The notes under the pieces: model-generated | The model's input: only the letters and a program-made list of their open reading frames with translations | Databases searched by the model: none | What the model was told of the DNA's origin: nothing | Program-made: the position numbers and the translations under genes | Shown here: piece by piece, positions 1-10,540 of the stretch | Position numbering within the stretch: the first letter of the stretch is position 1 | Layout: the number at the start of each line of letters is the position of its first letter | NCBI GenBank assembly: GCA_963768055.1 | Contig: CAVYGN010000002.1 | Location: 288,001-352,000 of the forward strand | DNA from: an uncultured Spirochaetota bacterium | Lineage (GTDB): Bacteria > Spirochaetota > Brevinematia > Brevinematales > JAOACQ01 | Length of the DNA stretch: 64,000 bases | Direction of reading: 5' to 3'

Positions 1-1
1 C

Positions 2-547
2 CTCCGCATAGAGATAAGGCATAACATGAAAAAACTTATCAAAGAAAACGGCATCACAACGATATATGTCTCGCATAATCAGACGGAAATCGGCGAAATA
101 TCCGACAATATCGCCGTAATGAGGAAGGGGAAATTCGAACAGACCGGCTCATACCTCGATCTTTATGACAACCCGAAGACCCTGTTTGTTTCAACTCTTA
201 TCGGGGAAAAATCCAGCAATTTTCTTACCTCCGGGGAAGTGTCGAGCCTCACAGGCGGTAAGATAAAATATTCCCTCACGATCAGGCCGGGGGAATGCGG
301 TCTTGAGGAAAAAGGGGAATCTATTTCAATCGAAGGCAAAGTTTCCTTCATAGAGAATTTTATCCAGGAAAGCAAAAAGATCGTTTTCTTAAACAAAGAG
401 GGAGAACTCTTCGGCGTGGAGGTCAGTATCGACTACCCGGTAAATAAAGACGACAGCATTAAAATTTATATACCTATCGGCAAGGCCAAGTTTTTCGACG
501 ACATAGAAAACTCTGAGTCTCCATCAAGGGTCTATAATCTATGGTGA
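2..547 (+). CDS. ABC transporter ATP-binding protein (MalK/PotA-like), 5' truncated by window edge
   Basis: TTIYVSHNQTE switch region, 'IAVMRKGKFEQTGS..LYDNPKTLFV'; frame open from base 2. Confidence 0.85.
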   Translation, partial: LRIEIRHNMKKLIKENGITTIYVSHNQTEIGEISDNIAVMRKGKFEQTGSYLDLYDNPKTLFVSTLIGEKSSNFLTSGEVSSLTGGKIKYSLTIRPGECGLEEKGESISIEGKVSFIENFIQESKKIVFLNKEGELFGVEVSIDYPVNKDDSIKIYIPIGKAKFFDDIENSESPSRVYNLW

Positions 548-1827
548 TAAAAAACGGCTTAGTATATGATTTTGAAGAAAAGATCGGCGGACGGAAACTG
601 GACATCCTTATAAAAGAAGGCAGGATAAAAAAAATCTCCCCCTCTATCGATGCTGCAGACGGACCGGTGATAGACGCAAGCTCTATGTATGTAATTCCCG
701 GGCTTGTCGACTTGCACGCTCATCTCAGGGAACCCGGCGAGACGCAAAAGGAAACGCTTGAATCGGGGTCCCGCGCTGCCGCAAGGGGAGGAATAACAAC
801 CCTTCTGGCTATGCCGAATACCTTACCCCCCGCCGACAATCCCGAATTAATAAGCTCGCTCGTTAAAAAGGCGGCTTCCATCGCGCCGGTTTCGATATTG
901 TTCGCGTCCTGCATGACTATTAAAAGGGAAGGCCTTTATCCCGTGGATATTGCGAAGAACAGGGAAGCGGGCTGCGCCGCCTTTTCGGACGACGGTTCGA
1001 GCATCCAGGACCTGAATGTCCTGATAGGCCTGTGCCGGGCTGCCGCGGATCAAAAAGTTCTCCTGATTGACCACCCCGAAATCAGGGCCTTGTCCGGGAA
1101 CGGCCCGGTAAGCTACGGGCAGCTTCCTTTGAAATTCGGCCTGGAGGGCCAGCCCGCCGAGGCTGAAAGCCTTGCAATTTGGACCCTTGGCTCTGCGGCA
1201 GGTTTATTCGGTGCGCAAGTCCATTTCACTCATATTTCGACCCGTAAATCCGCGGAAGCGGTCCGGATGCTGAAGTCTTACTATCCCGGAAGGATATCCT
1301 GCGATACAACCCCGCACCATCTCCTGCTCTCGGAGGAAGATCTCTTGAAAATCCTTGATACGAATAAAAAAATAAACCCTCCCCTCCGCCCGGAGGACGA
1401 CAGGCGAGCCGTCGAAGAAGCCCTTTGCGCCGGGGTAATAGATGCGATCGCGACAGACCATGCCCCTCATACGGATGAAGAGAAGAGCAGGCCCTTCGAA
1501 TCGGCACCCTTCGGGACTATAGGATTCGAGACATTTTTAGCCTCAACATACACACATCTTGTAAGGAAGAGGGGGCTAAATGTCCTTGACTGGCTCCGGA
1601 TGGTTACAAGCAGTCCTTCGGGAATCCTGGGAATAGAAAGAGGCGTGATAAGGACAGGCGGCAGGGCCGACATTACGGTATTCCATCCCGGGAAAAAATT
1701 CACCGTCGAAAGGGAAGCCATCATATCTAAATCCAAAAACAGCGCCTTCCTGGGCATGACTTTTTACGGCAATGTCGAATACACCATAGCAGGCGGAAGG
1801 ATAGCTTACCCTTTTAACCTTTTTTAG
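541..1827 (+). CDS. pyrC: Dihydroorotase (type I)
   Basis: DLHAHLREPG, MPNT, TPHHL, KINPPLR, ATDHAPH motifs. Confidence 0.95.
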   Translation: MVIKNGLVYDFEEKIGGRKLDILIKEGRIKKISPSIDAADGPVIDASSMYVIPGLVDLHAHLREPGETQKETLESGSRAAARGGITTLLAMPNTLPPADNPELISSLVKKAASIAPVSILFASCMTIKREGLYPVDIAKNREAGCAAFSDDGSSIQDLNVLIGLCRAAADQKVLLIDHPEIRALSGNGPVSYGQLPLKFGLEGQPAEAESLAIWTLGSAAGLFGAQVHFTHISTRKSAEAVRMLKSYYPGRISCDTTPHHLLLSEEDLLKILDTNKKINPPLRPEDDRRAVEEALCAGVIDAIATDHAPHTDEEKSRPFESAPFGTIGFETFLASTYTHLVRKRGLNVLDWLRMVTSSPSGILGIERGVIRTGGRADITVFHPGKKFTVEREAIISKSKNSAFLGMTFYGNVEYTIAGGRIAYPFNLF

Positions 1828-2965
1828 CCAGCAGGCTTTCCCCGTCCCTCATCAGCCTCTCCTGCCTCAATACCTGGTAGGGAATGAAACTGTCGATGAA
1901 GCAGTTCCCCCCCACTTTCATACCCGACGGCACCCTCACATCCTTTCCGATAAGCGTCACGCCGAAATTGAGGATTTCAGGAAAATCCGCGTTGACCGCC
2001 GAAGAATTCTCGGCGCCGATAGAGGCATGGGACTCGATGGTAGGCATACTGCTGTCTTTCGAATACTCGTCTATGATGGAATTCACAATGACCGAATTAG
2101 GGCCTATATGATTGCCCGGCAGGATCAGGGAGTTTTTAACATGGGCATGCTTATCCACCCTTACATTCGAGAATATTATCGAATTCTCGACCCTGCCGAA
2201 AAGGTCCACATTTTCACCTACAATTGAATTCTTGACGTATGAACCGCGCCCGAAGGTGGAAGAACTTGAAAGGGATAGGCCCCCGTTGACAGGGACATAA
2301 GCGTTGTAAAGGTCGAGCATCAGGTAGTCGTCGATCATGTCGAGATGTATGTTGTAATATTCCTTGAGGCTTTTGAAAGGCATTATATATCCCTTGGTTT
2401 CAACAGATTTGATATCGAATTCCTTGATGATCTTTTCCATAATATCCAGGTCCAGGTTGGATTCGTCGAGGAAAAAGCTTTCATATTTCTTGATAAATAT
2501 ATTTTTCTCTACAACAAGGCCTGAATAAATATTTTTTAAGTTATATTTAGTTTTAATGGCAAGATTAGTGTTTTTTTCAAGCTCGTCCGCCAGGACCCTC
2601 ATATCGAACCATATGGGATAATTCCCCTTAAGGATAACTATTCCCTCAAGCGAATGCTCTTTAGAGAATTCCGTCAAAAACGTGGAAAATTTTTCCGAAA
2701 TATCGAGGTAATCGAAGATATAAAATTTTACCGAAGGCCAGCCCTTTACGAGGTAATTCAGTACAATATCCTTGTCTCTTTTAACAAAAACGACGACATT
2801 CCTTACCTGGATCGATGACAGGGAACTGATGGCGAAATCGATATTGCAGAAGCGGGGCGAATAAGGCAGAAGGAAATGTTCGGCGTATTCGTCGAAAGAC
2901 AGAAAATTATAACTATTCTCCCCGATTATAATGCCCAGGTCAAGACTTTTCTTTGATGAGGCCAT
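1814..2965 (-). CDS. Glucose-1-phosphate adenylyltransferase-like (GlgC/GlgD family), degenerate N-terminal motif
   Basis: LLPY..RF..IDFAISSL N-terminus and C-terminal beta-helix (VKNSIVG..VENSIIFSNV). Confidence 0.75.
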   Translation of the reverse strand: MASSKKSLDLGIIIGENSYNFLSFDEYAEHFLLPYSPRFCNIDFAISSLSSIQVRNVVVFVKRDKDIVLNYLVKGWPSVKFYIFDYLDISEKFSTFLTEFSKEHSLEGIVILKGNYPIWFDMRVLADELEKNTNLAIKTKYNLKNIYSGLVVEKNIFIKKYESFFLDESNLDLDIMEKIIKEFDIKSVETKGYIMPFKSLKEYYNIHLDMIDDYLMLDLYNAYVPVNGGLSLSSSSTFGRGSYVKNSIVGENVDLFGRVENSIIFSNVRVDKHAHVKNSLILPGNHIGPNSVIVNSIIDEYSKDSSMPTIESHASIGAENSSAVNADFPEILNFGVTLIGKDVRVPSGMKVGGNCFIDSFIPYQVLRQERLMRDGESLLAKKG

Positions 2966-2970
2966 ATCGA

Positions 2971-4014
2971 CTACCTTTTAATCATCTTCTGTATATTTTC
3001 CTTGAATGGCGGATAAATGACCCCAAATTCCGTGACAATCCCCGTAACAAGCCTGTGCGGGGTTACATCGAAGGCGGGGTTGTAGGCGTCGGCATTTTCA
3101 GGGGCGCTCTGCATTCCCCTGAATTTGATAACTTCCTCCTTGTCCCTCTCTTCTATGGGTATAAGTTCACCGTTTTCAATACCGGGATCAAATGTCGAGA
3201 CCGGCGCAGCGGTATAAAAAGGCACTCCATGATAATGGGCCATAACGGCCAGGGAATAAGTGCCTATCTTGTTAGCGAAATCCCCGTTCAGTGCGATCCT
3301 ATCGGCGCCGACAATGACCAGGTCGATCCCTTTTTTGGCCATTACCGCGGCAGCCATGTTGTCGCATATTACTTTATATGGAATTCCTGTTTTTCCCAGC
3401 TCCCAGGCGGTCAATCGCGAACCCTGAAGGAGGGGCCTTGTTTCATCGGCATACACGAAGACGTTTTTTCCCTCCTCATGCGCTTTGAATACCACTGAAA
3501 GCGCGGTACCGTTTCCTCCGGTGGCAAGCCCCCCCGTATTGCAATGTGTGAGGATTTTAGCGTTTTCCGGTATCAGATTTAGGCCGTATTTCGCGATTCC
3601 CTCGGATTTATTCAGATCTTCCTTATGAATAGAAAGGGCCTCTTTTTTCCAGCCTGCGAGAATCTCCCTCTGATCGGCGCTTCCGTCAAGCACGGCTTTC
3701 ATTCTCTTTATCGCATAAAAGAGATTATATGCAGTCGGCCTGCTTTTCCCTATATAATCCAGTATTTCCCTGCCCTTTTCCCTATACGCCTTAAAATCCT
3801 TGATCGATGAATAACCGGCCAGCGATATATAAGCCCCGTAAGCCGCCGTGATGCCGATCGCCGGCGCGCCTCTGACGGCAAGCGTGTAGATCGCTTCAAA
3901 GACCTCGGATTCATTCCTGAGCTCTATAACCTTTTCCTGCTGGGGAAGGGCCCGCTGATCGATTATGAACAGCCTGTCATCATCAAGGAAAACGGTTTTA
4001 ATGACCTGATTCAT
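2971..4014 (-). CDS. mtnA: S-methyl-5-thioribose-1-phosphate isomerase
   Basis: VRGAPAIG, THCNTG, ETRPLLQG, GADRI, NKIGTY, NPAFDVTP. Confidence 0.95.
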   Translation of the reverse strand: MNQVIKTVFLDDDRLFIIDQRALPQQEKVIELRNESEVFEAIYTLAVRGAPAIGITAAYGAYISLAGYSSIKDFKAYREKGREILDYIGKSRPTAYNLFYAIKRMKAVLDGSADQREILAGWKKEALSIHKEDLNKSEGIAKYGLNLIPENAKILTHCNTGGLATGGNGTALSVVFKAHEEGKNVFVYADETRPLLQGSRLTAWELGKTGIPYKVICDNMAAAVMAKKGIDLVIVGADRIALNGDFANKIGTYSLAVMAHYHGVPFYTAAPVSTFDPGIENGELIPIEERDKEEVIKFRGMQSAPENADAYNPAFDVTPHRLVTGIVTEFGVIYPPFKENIQKMIKR

Positions 4015-4775
4015 ACCGTCGCCCTGCTGAATTTGCTTTTTAATTTATAAAACAGGGTAAATAAAAACAAAAAGAAAATCCTGAAAATACGGGCTAAATT
4101 ATACGGATGGATGAGGGTCGTATAAAACCCGTTCCATCCCTTCTTCTGGAACCAGATCGGCGGCATTTTCTTCTTGCCGGCTATAACCTTAAAAGAATTT
4201 CCGACCCCGACCGTTATCGAAGACTGGTAATAACCGAAATTTTTCGTAATCCATTTTTCCTGCTTCGGCCCTGAACCGTAGCTGGCTATAAATATCTGCG
4301 GCGAACTTTTCCTTATTGTGATCAGGACGTCCTGGAGTTCCTGGTTTTTGATATTGGAACGGTAGCTCCCGACAATCCTCGCCTGTGCGAAGGATTTCCG
4401 TATTCTCTTCAGGGTTTCCAGCGCCACGTTTTTTGTCCCCCCGAAAAGAAAGACCGTGTAATTCATCTCGTCGGCGGCGCGCATGAGATCGAGGTATAAT
4501 GTAACAGGCATGATGACATGGACCGTTTTTCCGGTTAGAAGCCTGACCATCCATGCGACGGTCTGGGAAGCGCAGATCACAATTTCAGTCTTTTTAAGGA
4601 TCTGCCGGAGTTCATGATTGAATAAAGAAAAGAACATTATCTTTTCATCCAGCAGCAATATTCGGAACCTTTCCTTGTCATAGATTGTCTGGATAAGGCA
4701 TTCTTTTAATTCTTCACGGTTCGTAAGGCTTATTTTTACTCCGAGCAAATTAACCGATTGAGGCAGCATCAGCAA
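4011..4775 (-). CDS. WecB/TagA/CpsF family glycosyltransferase
   Basis: FLFGG, P.QEKWI, GVGNSFKVIAG..K.PP.W motifs. Confidence 0.85.
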   Translation of the reverse strand: MLMLPQSVNLLGVKISLTNREELKECLIQTIYDKERFRILLLDEKIMFFSLFNHELRQILKKTEIVICASQTVAWMVRLLTGKTVHVIMPVTLYLDLMRAADEMNYTVFLFGGTKNVALETLKRIRKSFAQARIVGSYRSNIKNQELQDVLITIRKSSPQIFIASYGSGPKQEKWITKNFGYYQSSITVGVGNSFKVIAGKKKMPPIWFQKKGWNGFYTTLIHPYNLARIFRIFFLFLFTLFYKLKSKFSRATV

Positions 4776-4823
4776 GTCCCTCCTCCCCGAAGATTCTAAT
4801 ACAAAAGTGAAATTAATACAAAT

Positions 4824-6281
4824 CTATCCGAAGCAGACCCTTGTTTCCCTGGCGGCCTTTGTCTCATCCAGTCTTGTGACAGGGGTATTTCCGGGAGCGG
4901 CCAGAAGTTTACCGGGAGCCGCGGCCGCGGTTTCGGCTATTTCCTTCATTACCCCGATAAAATTATCGAGGGTTTCCTTATTCTCGGTTTCAGTCGGCTC
5001 TATCATTATCGCTTCTTTAACGATCAGGGGAAAATAAACCGTAGGAGGGTGGATACCCCTCTCAATCAGGCCCTTTGCTATGTCGAGGGCATGGACGCCG
5101 TAAGGCAATTGCTTTTCCGCCGAAAAGACGCATTCATGCATGCAGGTCCTGTCATATGGAAGATGATAATATTTTTTTAATTTTTCCTTTATATAATTCG
5201 CGTTAAGCACGGCCTGCTCCGAAACCCTTATCAGGCCCTCCCTGCCCAGAAGCAGGATATAAGCGTAAGCCTTGACCAGCACCCCGAAATTACCGAAAAA
5301 TCCGGATACGCGCCCGATGCTGTTTTTATTTTCGGGCGGCAGGAAATAACCGCCGGAGGCATTCCTTTTTATCACGGGAGATGGCAGAAATTCTATAAGC
5401 TCCTTTTTTACTCCGACAGGTCCGGCTCCGGGACCGCCGCCGCCATGAGGAGTCCCGAATGTTTTATGGAGGTTGACATGTACTACGTCAAACCCCGCAT
5501 CGCCGGGCTTTACCTTGCCCATTATCGCATTCAAATTTGCCCCGTCATAGTACATCAGGGCCCCGGCGGAATGGGCGAGCCCCGCTATTTCGGCGATCCT
5601 GGTTTCAAAAATCCCAAGGGTGTTTGGGCAGGTCATCATGACCGCAGCGGTTTCTTCATTCAATACTTTTTTAAATTCTTCAAGGTCCATTTCGCCATTT
5701 TCCAGGCTTTTGACGGTCACTATCTCGTAACCCGCCATCGCAGCCGAGGCAGGGTTCGTCCCATGGGAAGAATCCGGTACAATGACATATTTTTTCTTAT
5801 TCCCTTTCGATTTATGATAAGCGCCTATAAGGAGTATGCCCGTCATCTCGCCCTGAGCCCCCGCCATAGGCGCGGTTGTGACGCTGTCCATCCCGGTGAT
5901 CTCCGCGATGAGGCCTTCCAGGTCTTTTATAACGGCAAGACAGCCCTGGACAAGGCTTTCACCGCCGTCAATGTAACTTGAGAGAGGGTGGGCCCCCCGA
6001 AATCCGGGGAGATCGGCAGCTTTTTCCATAACCTTCGGGTTGTATTTCATAGTGCAGGATCCCAGGGGATAAAATTCAGTGTCGGCCGAAAAATTCAAAC
6101 GCGACAGCCTGGTGTAATGACGCACAACGTCGGGTTCGCTAACCTCTGGAAGGGCCGGCACTGAAAGTGTCAGCAATTCCGGGGGAAGACCGGGGGCCTC
6201 GGGTATATCAGCCCCGGGAATATCCAGGCCTCTTCTTCCCGGGACCGATTTCTCGAAGATCAGTTTTTCCATCCCGTTCAT
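4824..6281 (-). CDS. gcvPB: Glycine dehydrogenase subunit 2
   Basis: YPLGSCTMKYNP, NLHKTFGTPHGGGGPG, MIEPTETE. Confidence 0.97.
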   Translation of the reverse strand: MNGMEKLIFEKSVPGRRGLDIPGADIPEAPGLPPELLTLSVPALPEVSEPDVVRHYTRLSRLNFSADTEFYPLGSCTMKYNPKVMEKAADLPGFRGAHPLSSYIDGGESLVQGCLAVIKDLEGLIAEITGMDSVTTAPMAGAQGEMTGILLIGAYHKSKGNKKKYVIVPDSSHGTNPASAAMAGYEIVTVKSLENGEMDLEEFKKVLNEETAAVMMTCPNTLGIFETRIAEIAGLAHSAGALMYYDGANLNAIMGKVKPGDAGFDVVHVNLHKTFGTPHGGGGPGAGPVGVKKELIEFLPSPVIKRNASGGYFLPPENKNSIGRVSGFFGNFGVLVKAYAYILLLGREGLIRVSEQAVLNANYIKEKLKKYYHLPYDRTCMHECVFSAEKQLPYGVHALDIAKGLIERGIHPPTVYFPLIVKEAIMIEPTETENKETLDNFIGVMKEIAETAAAAPGKLLAAPGNTPVTRLDETKAARETRVCFG

Positions 6282-7582
6282 AAAATTCCCTCCAGGCAGG
6301 CTGCGTAGCCTTCCATTTCAGCCCTGGTCCTCATTTCAGTAACCGCTACCAGCAGCATTTTTTCCATCCCGGTATACAACCTTCCGAGAGGGAAACCGGC
6401 TAAAAACCCCTTTGTTCTCATCTCTTTTTCAATTTCTTCCGCGCTCACTGGCAGTTCGATTGTAAACTCGTTAAATGTAGGATATCTATTGTATATGCGG
6501 ACATTTTTAATCCTTCCGGCGAGATTTTTAAGAAATTCCGCCTTCCTGTAATTCAGGACGGCAAGTTCTCTGAATCCCTCCTTCCCCAGGAGCGAAAGGT
6601 ATATAACAGCTCGAAGGGCGCATAGGCTCTGGTTTGAGCAGATATTCGATGTGGCTTTATGACGCCTTATATGCTGCTCCCTTGCCTGAAGGGTCAAAAC
6701 AAACCCCCTTTTACCGTTCCTGTCGGCAGTCTCGCCCACTATCCTTCCGGGCAGATTTCTAATAAGTTCTTTTTTCGACGTTATAAACCCGAAAGAAGGG
6801 CCCCCGAAGCTTAAGGGTATGCCGAGGCTCTGTCCGTCCCCCGCGGCTATGTCTGCACCCATCTCCGACGGTTTTTTCAACATCCCAAGCGACACCGGAT
6901 ATACGGACATTATTAAAAGGGACCCGCTTTCATGTACCTTGCGGGCCAATTCAGCAAAGTCTTTTACGTTCCCGAAAAAGTCCGGGTTTTGAACGATAAC
7001 CGCGGCGGCACCGGAACCGGGGCCGCTGACATCCAATGTGAATTCATCCAATTCGATCGAACGGTTTGAAAGATAGGTCTTTAACACCTGCCTGTAAAAC
7101 GGGTTTACGCCGGAATCGACACAGATGAGCGGCCTTCCCGTGACCCTGACAGCCATAAGCGAAGCTTCGGCAAGGGCGCTCGCCCCGTCGTAAAGCGAGG
7201 CGTTGGAGACTGCCATGCCCGTAATAGCGCACATCGCCGTCTGGTATTCGTAAAGGGCCTGGAGAGTACCCTGGGAGCATTCGGGCTGATAGGGTGTATA
7301 GGCGGTATAAAATTCGGACCTCCCCGCAAGTAAGTCCACTGCAGCAGGTACATAATGATCGTAAGTCCCGCCGCCTAAAAAAGAAAGGTGATCCGAAATA
7401 TTCCGTTCGGAATACTCCCGCAATAAACTTATTACCTCTAACTCGGATCTTGCCCCCGGGATATCGAATTTCTTCGTCCTGAGGCTGTCCGGTATGGATG
7501 AAAACAGCTCTTCTATCGAATTTACGCCAATGTCAAGAAGCATGCCTAAGCTTTCCGGACCGGTATTCGGACTGTAATTCAT
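6278..7582 (-). CDS. gcvPA: Glycine dehydrogenase subunit 1
   Basis: EFYTAYTPYQPE, LQAREQHIRR..ATSNICSNQ. Confidence 0.97.
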   Translation of the reverse strand: MNYSPNTGPESLGMLLDIGVNSIEELFSSIPDSLRTKKFDIPGARSELEVISLLREYSERNISDHLSFLGGGTYDHYVPAAVDLLAGRSEFYTAYTPYQPECSQGTLQALYEYQTAMCAITGMAVSNASLYDGASALAEASLMAVRVTGRPLICVDSGVNPFYRQVLKTYLSNRSIELDEFTLDVSGPGSGAAAVIVQNPDFFGNVKDFAELARKVHESGSLLIMSVYPVSLGMLKKPSEMGADIAAGDGQSLGIPLSFGGPSFGFITSKKELIRNLPGRIVGETADRNGKRGFVLTLQAREQHIRRHKATSNICSNQSLCALRAVIYLSLLGKEGFRELAVLNYRKAEFLKNLAGRIKNVRIYNRYPTFNEFTIELPVSAEEIEKEMRTKGFLAGFPLGRLYTGMEKMLLVAVTEMRTRAEMEGYAACLEGIL

Positions 7583-7953
7583 ATTAATCCTTTGATGTAC
7601 TCATCATAGGCCTTCCTGTCCATCAAGGCCGTCTTTTCAGCAGGTTCTGATAGCTCAATTACCGCGATCCAGCCCTCTTCCTCGGGGCTGCGGTTTACAA
7701 GCTCCGGGTTTTCTCCGAGGATTTCGTTCTCGCTTTTTACAACACCCGACATAGGTGCGAAGATATCGCTCGCGGCTTTTACCGATTCGATAGAGCAAAG
7801 TACGTCCCCGAGTTTCACCGTCTTCCCTGTTTTTGGAAGCTCCACAAAGGTAATGTCGCCGAGCTGATTCGCGGCGTATGCAGTAATTCCGACAGTCCCG
7901 CTGATGCCCTCGATCCTTACCCATTCGTGGTCCTTAGTGTAATAGACGTTCAT
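7579..7953 (-). CDS. gcvH: Glycine cleavage H protein
   Basis: YTKDHEW, IESVKAASD lipoyl-Lys motif; GGAGG before ATG at 7953. Confidence 0.95.
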   Translation of the reverse strand: MNVYYTKDHEWVRIEGISGTVGITAYAANQLGDITFVELPKTGKTVKLGDVLCSIESVKAASDIFAPMSGVVKSENEILGENPELVNRSPEEEGWIAVIELSEPAEKTALMDRKAYDEYIKGLI

Positions 7954-7964
7954 CCGGCCCTCCA

Positions 7965-9059
7965 TTATTTTCTCAAGCTGCCGTTTTTATAGAACGGCAA
8001 TTCGCATATTAGCGCCTCGATTTCTACACTGTCATGCTTTAAAAGCAGTTTTTCGCCTATTTTAGAATACTCAGGCCTCACATAGCCGAGCCCGATCCCG
8101 CATGAAAGCATGGGTGAAAAAACGCCGCTTGTAACATTACCGATCCAGGCCCCTCCTGAGGTTATGTCGTAACCCGGGCGCGGCGTACGCCGGCTATTTG
8201 TTATAAAAGCGATCTTCCTCTTCTCCACGCCGGTTTCCTTTCGCTTCGCCAGGGCCGTTTTGCCGGTAAAATCCTTCGAATAATCGACATAAGATTCCAG
8301 CCCGGCTTCTATCGGGTCGGTCCATTCCCCCAGGTCATGCCCGTAAAGGCTGTAGCCGACTTCGAGGCGAAGTATATCGCGCGCGCCCAGGCCCGCCGGT
8401 TTTACTCGCGGGTCCCCGAGAAGTTTTTCCCACAATTCCAATACCCTTCCGCTGTCGATATAAATCTCGTAACCCAGCTCTCCGGTGTAGCCTGTCCTGC
8501 TGATAAGGGTATTTATACCGCCCATGAGGGTGAATTTTTGAAAAGAGTAGTATTTTAAATGCTCTATACCGCTTCCGGCGACTTCTTTAAGCACATCCCT
8601 GGATAGCGGGCCCTGGAGATCGAGCTTGGCGGTATGGATTGAAATATCTTTAAAGACAGCGGAGGAATTAACAAAGGTTCTCATATTTTCAAAATCGCGG
8701 TCCTTCGTTTCCGCGTTTACTACGATCATAAGCTTTTCCCCGGACAGCCTGTAAATTATAAGGTCGTCGAGTATGCCGCCGGTTTCAGAGAGCATAAGGC
8801 CGTACTTGCAGCGCCCCTCCGGGATCTTAGATACCCTGAAGGTCACGGCTTCTTCGATGCCGCTTTTTTCAATGTCTCCCTCTAAATAAAACTCACCCAT
8901 ATGGCAGATGTCGAAAAGAGCCGCGGATTCCCGGCAAGTCTTATGTTCCGATAGGATGCCTTCGTACCGGATGGGCATTTCCCAGCCCCCGAATCCGGCC
9001 ATCCCGGCTTTAAGGCGTAAATGTTCGTTATAGAGTGGAGTTCTTAAAAGGTCCTGCAT
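7965..9059 (-). CDS. gcvT: Glycine cleavage aminomethyltransferase T
   Basis: RTPL, FGGWEMP, FDICHMG, SRTGYTGELGYE, GLGARDILRLE. Confidence 0.96.
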   Translation of the reverse strand: MQDLLRTPLYNEHLRLKAGMAGFGGWEMPIRYEGILSEHKTCRESAALFDICHMGEFYLEGDIEKSGIEEAVTFRVSKIPEGRCKYGLMLSETGGILDDLIIYRLSGEKLMIVVNAETKDRDFENMRTFVNSSAVFKDISIHTAKLDLQGPLSRDVLKEVAGSGIEHLKYYSFQKFTLMGGINTLISRTGYTGELGYEIYIDSGRVLELWEKLLGDPRVKPAGLGARDILRLEVGYSLYGHDLGEWTDPIEAGLESYVDYSKDFTGKTALAKRKETGVEKRKIAFITNSRRTPRPGYDITSGGAWIGNVTSGVFSPMLSCGIGLGYVRPEYSKIGEKLLLKHDSVEIEALICELPFYKNGSLRK

Positions 9060-9196
9060 ATTCCGTCCTTTTTGATCGGAATATTTTAACACCAAGCGCC
9101 GCTTTTCACAAGGGATTGGATAATAGATGAGGATGATTTGACAAACATTATATACGGAAATAAAATAAGCGATAATTTTTTACCGGGGAAACTAAA

Positions 9197-10537
9197 ATGA
9201 TTAAAAAGATTTCGGCTTACTTGCTGATTTCATTCGGTTTTGCCGGCCTGGCCTGGCCGCAGCAGCTCGAGATGAAATCGGCGACCGTGGCGGGATTCAT
9301 AAACAGGGGAAAATCCAGCCAGGACAATATCAACATACTTATGACAAAGTCATTGTCAACCTTTCTTTCAAAGATATCGAAAAATATCACCCCGTACAAG
9401 GACGTGGAGGAAATAGCCGGGGGTACTAATTTCTGGGGCCAAAAGGCGCTGGACGGCAGCCGGGCGATAAATATCGCGCAGCATTTTTCAACAGAGCAGG
9501 TGATCACCGGGGATTACCTCGTCAATGACAAAAACAGCACAATTGTTATCGACGTCCTGGTTTACAATGTCATTAACGGCCAGGTACTGTTTAAAAGAAA
9601 TTACAAGGGCAATGCGGGCCCCGAGATTTTCGATACGGTCGATAAAATGATACTCGACGTATCGGGTCTTCTTGTCGGGAAGACTATTTCGCTCGGATAT
9701 TTCAAGCTCGATATAAAGCCTGAGAATGTGAAGTACAGATTGTTTGTTAATAATTCGTTCATAAAACTTGTGGACAGCAGGAACGGATACTTCGACAGGT
9801 TTATATCCGGGCAATCGATCGATATAAGCTTAAAGCCCGAGAAATCAGACGAGGAAACACTGAGGAAAATAATCGAGATCAAAAGCGGGACCAATGAGCT
9901 TGAGTTCAACCCATCCGGCGTCTTGATACTTGAAACGATGAAAGAGGGTGTTGATGTTTACCTGAACGGGATAAAAACAGGGAAAACCGACAGTTCGGGT
10001 GAATTGAAAATCCCGAATATTGGAGCCGGTAAAGAGAATGCAATATCATTGAAAAAAGGCGATACCATGTTATCGGAAACAAATATAAGCATCAAAGAAG
10101 GAGATACTAAAGTAATCGTTTTTAAAACCCCGGCGTTTCAGACAGATGAAAATAAGCAAATTGAAGAAATTGTGGTTTATGGAGATATTGAATTAGGAAC
10201 AAAATATATTGCCGGGACGACTGGTGTTTATAAATTTGAAATTAATAGAGGGGCTTATAAAGCAGGCCCTAATGCCTTCTATAAAACCAGTATAGTTGTC
10301 TATACAAACCGGAATATTATGTGGGGCGGGGGTGGAGGCGGCCCGATATCTTTTGATTACCAGCTGGGCAACGGCGAAGAAACAAGTTATGAAAAAGCCG
10401 AAAAAAAAGGAAAGGGCCAATTTATTACCGTTAATATGCAGAAGGACGATTTTATAATCTTTGTTGCTATTGACGGTAAAGGCGGTTTCGGAGATAACGA
10501 AGGCCGCGTTTATTTATCCGTTACCCGGGAAAAATAG
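9197..10537 (+). CDS. Secreted hypothetical protein with PEGA-like segments
   Basis: Signal peptide; 'GVDVYLNGIKTGKT' PEGA-like segment. Confidence 0.6.
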   Translation: MIKKISAYLLISFGFAGLAWPQQLEMKSATVAGFINRGKSSQDNINILMTKSLSTFLSKISKNITPYKDVEEIAGGTNFWGQKALDGSRAINIAQHFSTEQVITGDYLVNDKNSTIVIDVLVYNVINGQVLFKRNYKGNAGPEIFDTVDKMILDVSGLLVGKTISLGYFKLDIKPENVKYRLFVNNSFIKLVDSRNGYFDRFISGQSIDISLKPEKSDEETLRKIIEIKSGTNELEFNPSGVLILETMKEGVDVYLNGIKTGKTDSSGELKIPNIGAGKENAISLKKGDTMLSETNISIKEGDTKVIVFKTPAFQTDENKQIEEIVVYGDIELGTKYIAGTTGVYKFEINRGAYKAGPNAFYKTSIVVYTNRNIMWGGGGGGPISFDYQLGNGEETSYEKAEKKGKGQFITVNMQKDDFIIFVAIDGKGGFGDNEGRVYLSVTREK

Positions 10538-10540
10538 GAT

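Noticed and set aside
9060..9196. Glycine riboswitch upstream of gcvT
   Set aside because: Short AT-rich gap with no recognisable aptamer motifs
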